Assembly (NCBI GenBank): GCA_009920875.1
Contig: RFZE01000001.1
Coordinates: forward strand, 1-36,460
Reading direction: 5' to 3'
Length of the DNA stretch: 36,460 nucleotides
DNA from: Alphaproteobacteria bacterium
GTDB lineage: Bacteria; Pseudomonadota; Alphaproteobacteria; RS24
Shown: in pieces, positions 1-7,361 of the stretch
Position numbering within the stretch: the stretch's first letter is position 1
Layout: every line of letters begins with the position of its first letter
Made by a program: the position numbers and the translations under genes
The notes under the pieces: model-generated
What the model was told of the DNA's origin: nothing
Databases searched by the model: none
The model's input: the letters and a program-made list of their open reading frames with translations, nothing else

Positions 1-53
1 GCCGATTATAAAAGCGTCACTGAATTTGCCGTTGAGGAAGTAGAGAAACGCAT

Positions 54-1133
54 ATGACCAAAAAAGTAGCCGTTTTCGGCGAGATGGGTGTGAATTTCGC
101 GCCCATTATTGAAGAGTATTTTGCCGCTAAACAGAAAGATTGGCAGGTCACCACATGGGCCTGCGATGGTGATGAAGCGGCGCGCGATGCGGTGCTGGCT
201 GAGTGCGAAGCGGCGGTGATGAGCGCCGATTTCATTTTGACGCCGGGCAATTTCGGCGCGCTGATGGCCGCGCCCCATCTCAAAATCCTACTGCAACCTT
301 GGGTCGGCACGGATTGGCTTGATGAGGGCTTTCTGCCGAAGGGGCTGATTTTCTGCAATGCCGGCGGCCATGCCGCGCCCATGGCGGAATATGTGCTGGG
401 CACCATGCTGGAACACGCGCTTGAATTGCGCACCATGCATAGCGATATGCTGGCCGGAAAATGGCGCCGCGCCGGTCGCAATGCGGCACCCGAGGCACGG
501 CACGGCGATTTGCTCGGCAAACATATCGGCATTGTCGGCTATGGCGAAATTGCCCAAGCGGTGGCGACCCGCGCCGCCGCTTTCGGCATGAGCGTATCGG
601 CCGTGGCGCGCTCCAAGCGCGACAAAACCCCTACCCCGCTCGATTGGATCGGCACGCAAACCGATTTGCCGAAACTTCTGGCCGAAAGCGATTACCTCAT
701 CATGACCTGCGATTTGAACGATGAAACCGAAGGCATGATTGACGCGGCCGCTTTCGCGCAAATGAAAGACACGGCCTATATCATTAATGTGGCGCGCGGC
801 GAGGTGATTGACGAAGACGCGCTGTTTGAGGCGCTGCAGTCAAAACGCATTGGCGGCGCGGCGCTTGATACTTGGTATCGCTATCCCGTCAATATCGCCG
901 ATACCGAGCCCGACCCCGACCGTGGCGGGCCGTATCAAGGCTCGAAACATGATTTCAACAGCCTCGATAATGTGCTGCTGACCCCGCATATGGCGGCGCA
1001 TACATTCGGCGCTGACCGCGGGCGATATGTGTCGATTGCCGAAAGCCTGTGCAGCTATGCCGAAGGCGCTGATGTGAAACGGCAAGTCACCATCGGCACG
1101 GGCGAAAACCTCGAAGGGTTTGCGATACCGTAG
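54..1133 (+). CDS. D-isomer-specific 2-hydroxyacid dehydrogenase family protein
   Basis: 359 aa; Rossmann motif GIVGYGEIA, INVARGEVID (catalytic Arg), GAALD and LLTPHMA (catalytic His) motifs of the family; substrate not assignable. Confidence 0.9.
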   Translation: MTKKVAVFGEMGVNFAPIIEEYFAAKQKDWQVTTWACDGDEAARDAVLAECEAAVMSADFILTPGNFGALMAAPHLKILLQPWVGTDWLDEGFLPKGLIFCNAGGHAAPMAEYVLGTMLEHALELRTMHSDMLAGKWRRAGRNAAPEARHGDLLGKHIGIVGYGEIAQAVATRAAAFGMSVSAVARSKRDKTPTPLDWIGTQTDLPKLLAESDYLIMTCDLNDETEGMIDAAAFAQMKDTAYIINVARGEVIDEDALFEALQSKRIGGAALDTWYRYPVNIADTEPDPDRGGPYQGSKHDFNSLDNVLLTPHMAAHTFGADRGRYVSIAESLCSYAEGADVKRQVTIGTGENLEGFAIP

Positions 1134-1136
1134 GCT

Positions 1137-1207
1137 AAAAGCACCCGCCAGCTTGCTGGCGTTGGTGCGCCTTGCCCCAGCGCAGCGACCAACGGGAGCG
1201 AAGTCGG
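1137..1207. repeat. Left copy of an inverted-repeat (REP/MITE-like) structured element
   Basis: Core 1164-1207 matches the reverse complement of 1770-1813 at 40/44 nt; outer hairpin GCACC-CGCCAGC-TT-GCTGGCG-TT-GGTGC preceded by AAAA. Confidence 0.8.
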
Positions 1208-1300
1208 AGCCAAAAGCACCAGCCTTAAAGTAAATATTTTCATTTAAAAGCAATAAGTTAAATCAGATTTAGCTTGCCTTACCCGCTAACGATTTCCTAA

Positions 1301-1452
1301 CCTCCTCCTGTCAATCCTAATTCGGACACCCCTGTCGGGGTGCTCTCCGAATACAATACCGCTCGCGGAGATAGGCGAGATCTCCATTCTCGAATTGGGA
1401 TTGACACAGCCCGGCACTTTTGCCGGTGCTGCTCAATAATAATAAGAGGAGG
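1301..1452 (+). promoter_or_regulatory. Highly structured putative 5' leader or ncRNA
   Basis: 16 bp stem 1309-1324/1391-1406; hairpins 1327-1342, 1367-1385 and 1407-1431; CCTCCTC 1301-1307 complementary to GAGGAGG 1446-1452. Confidence 0.55.
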
Positions 1453-1461
1453 GAGAACGCC

Positions 1462-1749
1462 GTGTCGGAACTTATCAATGCCTATAATAATAGCTGGCCG
1501 TTTGTGCAGATGTTTATGCTCGCCACGCTTTTGGGGCTGGTTGCCTTGCCTGTTTGGTTGACCCATCGCTGGCTGACCATGCGCAAGAAAATGCCGGACA
1601 ATATTTTGCTTGCGCTGGCGCAAGACGGTGACGTGGTAACGCTAACCGTGCGTCAAGGTGCACCGATTAGCCCCAATCAGCTTACCAATCTGCTGACCGA
1701 ACCGACCTCACAAGCGGATATTCACGCCGAGCCGATAAGGGCTGATTAA
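1462..1749 (+). CDS. Hypothetical small membrane protein (95 aa, one predicted TM helix)
   Basis: Strong SD GAGGAGG 9 nt before GTG 1462 (track start 1420 lies inside a hairpin); hydrophobic run FVQMFMLATLLGLVALPVWL followed by basic RWLTMRKK. Confidence 0.65.
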   Translation: MSELINAYNNSWPFVQMFMLATLLGLVALPVWLTHRWLTMRKKMPDNILLALAQDGDVVTLTVRQGAPISPNQLTNLLTEPTSQADIHAEPIRAD

Positions 1750-1769
1750 GCGACCGCGCCCTTCTACCG

Positions 1770-1844
1770 CCGACTTCGCTCCCTTCGGTCGCTGCGCTGG
1801 CGGAAGGCGCACCGTGTTTGCCCTGCGGGCAAACGGGTGATTTT
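1770..1844. repeat. Right (inverted) copy of the structured element
   Basis: Core 1770-1813, then hairpin CACC-GT-GTTTGCCC-TGC-GGGCAAAC-G-GGTG followed by ATTTT. Confidence 0.8.
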
Positions 1845-1885
1845 ACCGTGCGTCTTCTTGCCACGTAATTGATATGGCCAATCTC

Positions 1886-1913
1886 TTGCCAAGCAACAGG
1901 GTCATGCTATTGT
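1886..1913 (+). promoter_or_regulatory. Possible sigma70 promoter of the acyl-CoA dehydrogenase pair
   Basis: TTGCCA-N16-TATTGT with TG just upstream of the -10; motif match only. Confidence 0.35.
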
Positions 1914-1942
1914 TTCGGCAATTATTGTTTGAGGAGACAGAG

Positions 1943-3133
1943 ATGACCGCTTTAGACACATTCCGCGAAGAAACGCGGGCTTGGTTGCAGGAAAACTGCC
2001 CCGAATCGATGCGCACGCCGATGCCGGAGCGCGAAATGCCATGGGGTGGCCGCAATGCCAGCTATCCCAATCCGGACACCAAAGTTTGGATGGACCGCAT
2101 GGCCTCGCGCGGCTGGACCGCGCCCGAATGGCCGGCTGAATATGGCGGCGGTGGCCTGTCGAAAGAGGAAAACAAAGTGCTGCAACAGGAATTGGCCGCG
2201 ATTAAAGCGCGCCCTGCCCTGACCAGCTTCGGCCTTTGGATGCTTGGCCCGGCACTGTTGGAATTTGCCAGCGAAGAGCAGAAGCAGAAATATATTCCTG
2301 AAATCATCAAGGGTGAAATTCGCTGGTGTCAGGGCTATTCAGAGCCGGGCGCGGGGTCTGACCTCGCCGGTCTGCAAACCAAATGCGAAGATAAGGGCGA
2401 TCATTATCTGGTCAATGGCCAGAAAGTGTGGACCTCTTATGCCGATAAATGCGACATGATTTTTTGCCTCGTGCGCACCGACACCACGGTTAAGCATGAC
2501 GGTATTTCTTTCTTGCTCATCGATATGGATAATGAAGGCGTGGAAGCGCGCCCGATTAAACTGATCTCCGGTTCATCGCCCTTCTGCGAAACATTCCTGA
2601 CCGATGTGAAAGTGCCGAAAGAAAATCTGGTCGGCGAGCTGAACAAAGGCTGGACCATTGCCAAGCGTTTGCTGGAGCATGAGCGCAGCATGATTTCAGG
2701 CATGGGCATGGGCGCCGGTGCGGCCTCTATGGGCGGCATGGAAGCCGTGGCGAAAGAAAATTTCGGCACAGATGGCGAGAAAATAGCGGACACCAGCATT
2801 CGCCAAGCAATTGCCGACCACAAAATGGACCAGCAAGCTTTCGGCCTGACGCTGAAACGCGCTTCCGCCGAAGCCAAATCGGGCCAAGGCATGGGCGCGG
2901 CTTCGGCCATGTTTAAATATTACGGCACGGAAGTGAATAAACGCCGTTTTGAATTGCTGCTCGATGTTTTGGGCACGCAGGCTTTGGGCTGGGAAGGCGA
3001 AGGCTTTGACAGCAAAGAATTGGCCGTCACCCGTTCGTGGCTGCGCTCGAAAGGCAATTCGATTGAAGGCGGCACATCAGAAGTGCAACTGAATGTTATT
3101 GCCAAACGTGTGCTCGGCCTGCCCGACGCTTAA
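1943..3133 (+). CDS. Acyl-CoA dehydrogenase (PimC/FadE26-like subunit)
   Basis: WCQGYSEPGAGSDLA, VNGQKVWTS, LLEHER and SIEGGTSEVQ motifs; start set at ATG 1943 behind GAGGAG. Confidence 0.93.
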   Translation: MTALDTFREETRAWLQENCPESMRTPMPEREMPWGGRNASYPNPDTKVWMDRMASRGWTAPEWPAEYGGGGLSKEENKVLQQELAAIKARPALTSFGLWMLGPALLEFASEEQKQKYIPEIIKGEIRWCQGYSEPGAGSDLAGLQTKCEDKGDHYLVNGQKVWTSYADKCDMIFCLVRTDTTVKHDGISFLLIDMDNEGVEARPIKLISGSSPFCETFLTDVKVPKENLVGELNKGWTIAKRLLEHERSMISGMGMGAGAASMGGMEAVAKENFGTDGEKIADTSIRQAIADHKMDQQAFGLTLKRASAEAKSGQGMGAASAMFKYYGTEVNKRRFELLLDVLGTQALGWEGEGFDSKELAVTRSWLRSKGNSIEGGTSEVQLNVIAKRVLGLPDA

Positions 3134-3174
3134 ACCGGCACTGCCGATACTCTTGAATATTAGGGGGATTTCTC

Positions 3175-4314
3175 ATGGCACTCGTGCTGACTGAAGAACA
3201 AACCATGCTTCGCGATATGGCGAAGGATTTTTTCACCGAACAGGTTCCGGTGACCAATTTGCGCAAATTGCGCGATGAAGAAGATGATTTGGGCTATGAC
3301 AAAGAGGTCTGGGCGCAGATTGTTGAGCTTGGCTTTGCCGGTATTTTGATACCTGAAGAGCAAGGCGGCACCGGCTTCGGGCCTATGGGTCTGGGCATTG
3401 TGATGACCGAAGCGGGGCGCACATTGGCCGCCACACCGCTTTATTCAACCGCCGTATTAGGCGCAGGGCTTATTCTTGCGGCCGGTTCAGAAGCGCAAAA
3501 AAATGACCTTTTGCCGAAAATTGCCGGTGGCGAATTGCTGACCGCTTTGGCTTTGGAAGAAACCAACCACCACAATCCGGCCAATGTTGCCATGACGGCC
3601 GAAAAATCGGGCGATGGCTTCAAATTGTCGGGCGAAAAGAAATTCGTCATTGACGGTCACATTGCCGACAAGCTGATTGTCGTGGCGCGCACAAGCGGTG
3701 CGGCAGGCGACACGCAAGGCCTGTCGATGTTTCTGGTTGATGCCGATGCCAAAGGCGTCAGCATCACCCGCACCCATATGGTCGATAGCCGCAATGCCGC
3801 TATCATATCGCTGGACGGGGTGGAGGTTTCTGCCGATGACGCTTTGGGCGGCATTGGCGCGGCTTATCCCGAATTGGAAAATGTGCTGGATTTGGGACGC
3901 GCTTGCATTGCCGCTGAAATGCTAGGCGGCGCGGAAGCGGTGTTTGACACAACGCTTGAATATCTCAAAGAGCGCAAGCAATTCGGCGTGATTATCGGCA
4001 CGTTCCAAGCATTGAAACACCGCGCGGCAGAAATGTTCTGCGAAGTGGAAATCTGCCGCTCCGTGGTGCTGGAAGCCTTGTCAGCGCTTGATGAGCGCCG
4101 CAATGATGTGCCCGCCGTGACCAGTCTCGCCAAAGCGCGGGTCGGTGAAGCGGCGCGGTTGATTACCAATGAAGGCGTGCAAATGCATGGCGGCATCGGC
4201 ATGACCGATGCGGTTGATATGGGGCTTTATTTGAAGCGCGCCCGCGTGCAAGCGCAAATGCTCGGTAACAGCAATTTCCACCGCGCCCGCTATGCTGATT
4301 TGGGTGGTTACTAA
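3175..4314 (+). CDS. Acyl-CoA dehydrogenase (PimD/FadE27-like partner subunit)
   Basis: ERKQFGVIIGTFQALKH and QMHGGIGMT motifs; lacks the SEP-GSD motif; follows the previous ACAD. Confidence 0.92.
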   Translation: MALVLTEEQTMLRDMAKDFFTEQVPVTNLRKLRDEEDDLGYDKEVWAQIVELGFAGILIPEEQGGTGFGPMGLGIVMTEAGRTLAATPLYSTAVLGAGLILAAGSEAQKNDLLPKIAGGELLTALALEETNHHNPANVAMTAEKSGDGFKLSGEKKFVIDGHIADKLIVVARTSGAAGDTQGLSMFLVDADAKGVSITRTHMVDSRNAAIISLDGVEVSADDALGGIGAAYPELENVLDLGRACIAAEMLGGAEAVFDTTLEYLKERKQFGVIIGTFQALKHRAAEMFCEVEICRSVVLEALSALDERRNDVPAVTSLAKARVGEAARLITNEGVQMHGGIGMTDAVDMGLYLKRARVQAQMLGNSNFHRARYADLGGY

Positions 4315-4336
4315 TTAAGTAATCCGAAAGCTTACC

Positions 4337-4373
4337 AAGGCCTCGACATTTGCCTGTCGAGGCCTTATTTTTT
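4337..4373 (+). terminator. Rho-independent terminator
   Basis: 12 bp stem AAGGCCTCGACA/TGTCGAGGCCTT, 6 nt loop, followed by ATTTTTT. Confidence 0.85.
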
Positions 4374-4402
4374 CACTGAATCAAATTGTCGAAGGAAATG
4401 CA

Positions 4403-4630
4403 ATGTCAGATGGCGCGCAACAACCGCAACGAATTACCGTTCTAGCAGAAGAATTCACCCCTGCCGCGATGGAGTTTCACCGTCGCAATATGAGCGCGCG
4501 CGGCTATCGCATGGAAGGGCAAATTACGCCGCGTCGTTACATGATGATTGACGGGCCGGGTGAACCCAGCGATTTGTTCGACGGCAAAGAATATTATGCG
4601 GTTACTTTCGTCCGCAAAGACGACGAGTAA
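4403..4630 (+). CDS. Hypothetical protein (75 aa)
   Basis: SD GAAGGA before ATG; fills the intergenic gap; protein-like composition; no family recognised. Confidence 0.7.
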   Translation: MSDGAQQPQRITVLAEEFTPAAMEFHRRNMSARGYRMEGQITPRRYMMIDGPGEPSDLFDGKEYYAVTFVRKDDE

Positions 4631-4718
4631 CCCTGCGGCAAATAAGCCTTTTCTCCGGCAAAGCTGGCTTCAAGAGCATAAATCGGCTAAAGCTATCGTT
4701 AGAAACTAGGGATTTTCA

Positions 4719-5966
4719 ATGGCCGTCGAATATGACAAGCATTTGGATGACGCGCTGGCCTCATTGCATGATGAGGGCCGCTATCGCGTATTTACCGATT
4801 TGGCACGCAGCGCCGGTGCTTTTCCGCGCGCCATGAACCATTCGGCCAATCCGCCGCGCGAGGTTATTGTTTGGTGTTCCAATGATTATTTGGGCATGGG
4901 GCAAAGCGCCGATGTGATGAACGCCATGAAGCACGCCATTGACACAATGGGCACGGGCGCGGGCGGCACACGCAATATTTCCGGCACCCACCATATGATT
5001 GTTGAACTGGAAAACGAACTTGCCGATTTGCACGATAAAGAGGCCGCTTTGGTCTTCACCTCGGGCTATATTTCCAATGAGGCGACAATCTCGACATTGG
5101 CCAAATTGCTGCCAGATTGCCTTATCCTGTCAGACGAATTGAACCACGCCTCAATGATTGAAGGCGTGCGTCAAAGCGGCTGCTCAAAGCTGATTTGGCG
5201 GCATAATGATATTGAACATTTGGAAAGCCTGTTGCGCGATGCCGACCCGGCGCGCCCCAAGCTGATTGCCTTTGAAAGCGTCTATTCAATGGATGGCGAT
5301 ATTGCGCCGATTGAAGCGATTTGTGACTTGGCCGAAAAATATGACGCGCTGACTTATCTCGATGAAGTGCATGCTGTCGGCATGTATGGCCCGCGCGGCG
5401 GCGGCATTGCCGATCGTGACAATCTCATGCAGCGCGTTGACATTATTGAGGGCACGCTGGCCAAAGCCTTCGGCATTATGGGCGGCTATATTACCGGCAA
5501 ACAAAATCTGGTTGATGCCATTCGTTCCTATGCGCCGGGCTTTATTTTCACCACCACCTTGCCGCCGACGGTTGCCGCCGGTGCCATTAAAAGCGTGCAA
5601 TTGGTGAAACAAGCCAATGATTTACGCCAGCGCCATCAAGAGCGCGCCGAAAAGCTGAAAACCATGTTGGAAGATGCCGGTATGCCGGTCTTGCGCACGG
5701 AAACGCATATTGTGCCGCTTATGGTCGGCGATCCGGTGCTGTGCAAGGCGGCCTCTGACCGCTTGCTTAATGAGCACAATATTTACATTCAGCCGATTAA
5801 CTATCCGACCGTGCCGCGCGGCACGGAGCGGCTTCGCATTACCCCATCGCCGCTGCATGATGACACAATGATGGACGCACTTGTCGAAGCGGTTCAGGAA
5901 GTCTGGGCACATTTGGATATTTCCTGCGACCTACCGGATTTGATGGCTGCGCCCGCGGCTCAGTAA
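4719..5966 (+). CDS. hemA: 5-aminolevulinate synthase
   Basis: [36 protein letters not shown] (PLP lysine), QPINYPTV. Confidence 0.97.
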   Translation: MAVEYDKHLDDALASLHDEGRYRVFTDLARSAGAFPRAMNHSANPPREVIVWCSNDYLGMGQSADVMNAMKHAIDTMGTGAGGTRNISGTHHMIVELENELADLHDKEAALVFTSGYISNEATISTLAKLLPDCLILSDELNHASMIEGVRQSGCSKLIWRHNDIEHLESLLRDADPARPKLIAFESVYSMDGDIAPIEAICDLAEKYDALTYLDEVHAVGMYGPRGGGIADRDNLMQRVDIIEGTLAKAFGIMGGYITGKQNLVDAIRSYAPGFIFTTTLPPTVAAGAIKSVQLVKQANDLRQRHQERAEKLKTMLEDAGMPVLRTETHIVPLMVGDPVLCKAASDRLLNEHNIYIQPINYPTVPRGTERLRITPSPLHDDTMMDALVEAVQEVWAHLDISCDLPDLMAAPAAQ

Positions 5967-6976
5967 TGTTGCCCAATACTCACCCTGAAGTTGCGTTTGG
6001 CAAAACCGGCCTTTTATTGGTCAATCTCGGCACGCCTGAAAGCCCTGACAAAAAGGGACTGCGCCCCTATCTCAAACAATTTTTAAGCGACCGCCGCGTT
6101 ATTGAAGCATCGCCACTTATTTGGCAACCGATTTTGCGCGGCATAATTTTGAACACGCGGCCGAAAAAATCGGCCGAGGCCTATGCCAAAATCTGGCGCG
6201 AAGAAAGCAATGAAAGCCCGTTGCGCTATTATACGCGGGTGCAAGCTGAAAAATTGCAAGCCCAGCTTGGTGATGGTGTGAAAGTTGATTGGGCCATGCG
6301 CTATGGTGCGCCGTCCATCGAAACGCGCCTCGCCGATATGAAAGCGGCAGGCTGTGAACGCATCGCCATTATCGCGCTATACCCGCAATATAGCGCCTCC
6401 ACTTCGGCCAGCGTTTATGATGATGTTTTCCGCGCTTTGTTGAAGCTGCGCTGGCAACCGGCCATTCGCACCGCCGCCCCATGGCATGACCACCCCGACT
6501 ATATTAATGCGCTGGCGCAATCGGTGAGCGATCATTTGAGCGGCTTGGATTTCGAGCCGGAGCATATTATCGCCTCGTTTCACGGCTTGCCGCAAAGCTA
6601 TTTTGAAAAGGGCGACCCCTATCACTGTCATTGTGCCAAGACGGCGCGTCTGCTGCGCGAAGAACTGGGCATGGATGAAGATAAATTGCGACTGACCTTT
6701 CAATCGCGCTTCGGCCCGACCAAATGGCTGGAGCCATACACGGATAAAACCGTTATTGAGATGGCTGAACAAGGCGTGAAGAAAATTGCCGTGGTGACAC
6801 CGGGCTTCATTTCAGACTGTGTCGAGACCTTGGAAGAGATTGGCATTGCCCTTGAAGAAGATTTTATTGCGGCCGGCGGCACGCATTTTTCAACCGTGCC
6901 ATGCCTCAATGATAGCGACATATCTCAAAACCTTTTGCAAATAATCGCCGAAAGAGAATTGGCCGGCTGGCTGTAA
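5966..6976 (+). CDS. hemH: Ferrochelatase
   Basis: LLVNLGTP, YPQYS, SFHGLP, FQSRFGP-WL-P, DCVETLEEI; TAATG overlap with hemA. Confidence 0.97.
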   Translation: MLPNTHPEVAFGKTGLLLVNLGTPESPDKKGLRPYLKQFLSDRRVIEASPLIWQPILRGIILNTRPKKSAEAYAKIWREESNESPLRYYTRVQAEKLQAQLGDGVKVDWAMRYGAPSIETRLADMKAAGCERIAIIALYPQYSASTSASVYDDVFRALLKLRWQPAIRTAAPWHDHPDYINALAQSVSDHLSGLDFEPEHIIASFHGLPQSYFEKGDPYHCHCAKTARLLREELGMDEDKLRLTFQSRFGPTKWLEPYTDKTVIEMAEQGVKKIAVVTPGFISDCVETLEEIGIALEEDFIAAGGTHFSTVPCLNDSDISQNLLQIIAERELAGWL

Positions 6977-7028
6977 GCCTTGACCTGTTGTTAGTTTATC
7001 GGGCAGTGTCTTCTCTAGAGAGGGTTTT

Positions 7029-7361
7029 GTGTCTGATTGGTTACACCTGATTGGCTGGCCTCCTTCGATTATCACAGGTGGCTTGCTCATTTTTCTTTCG
7101 CTTGGCTATGGAACGCAGGCGCGTCAAAAACTGCGCCCAATTCTTCTCGCCGTTCAAGTTGCTTTGTTAACGCTCATTCTTTCCACGCTTTATAACGCCC
7201 TGCATACCGGGGCATCGGGCATGCTTAAGGCACTTTTGACGCAATCATTCGGCACGTTTCTCGGCGTCTTCACAATAAGCTGGCTTATTATAAAATTATG
7301 TTTCATCATCAGGTCTCGTAACGGACAAACAAATATTTTCACACGAAACCGCAGGTCATGA
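7029..7361 (+). CDS. Hypothetical membrane protein (about 3 TM)
   Basis: GTG start behind AGAGAGGG; three hydrophobic segments; ATGA overlap with the next gene. Confidence 0.6.
   Translation: MSDWLHLIGWPPSIITGGLLIFLSLGYGTQARQKLRPILLAVQVALLTLILSTLYNALHTGASGMLKALLTQSFGTFLGVFTISWLIIKLCFIIRSRNGQTNIFTRNRRS

Noticed and set aside
1301-1452. Retron msr-msd or CRISPR interpretation of the structured leader
   Set aside because: No reverse transcriptase or cas gene in the window and no repeat-spacer periodicity.
1297-1623. Alternative ORFs 1297-1623 (-) and 1340-1561 (+)
   Set aside because: No SD, no protein-like features, and they overlap the better supported 1462-1749 ORF.
1126-1849. TACCGT at 1126-1131 and 1844-1849 as a target-site duplication of the inverted-repeat module
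   Set aside because: Not symmetrically placed (5 nt outside the left end, overlapping the right end) and short enough to be chance.
1874-1942. Track start of the first ACAD at 1874
   Set aside because: The extension covers a promoter-like motif; SD and family length favour ATG 1943.
4631-4718. FNR/FnrL box upstream of hemA
   Set aside because: No TTGAT-N4-ATCAA match found.
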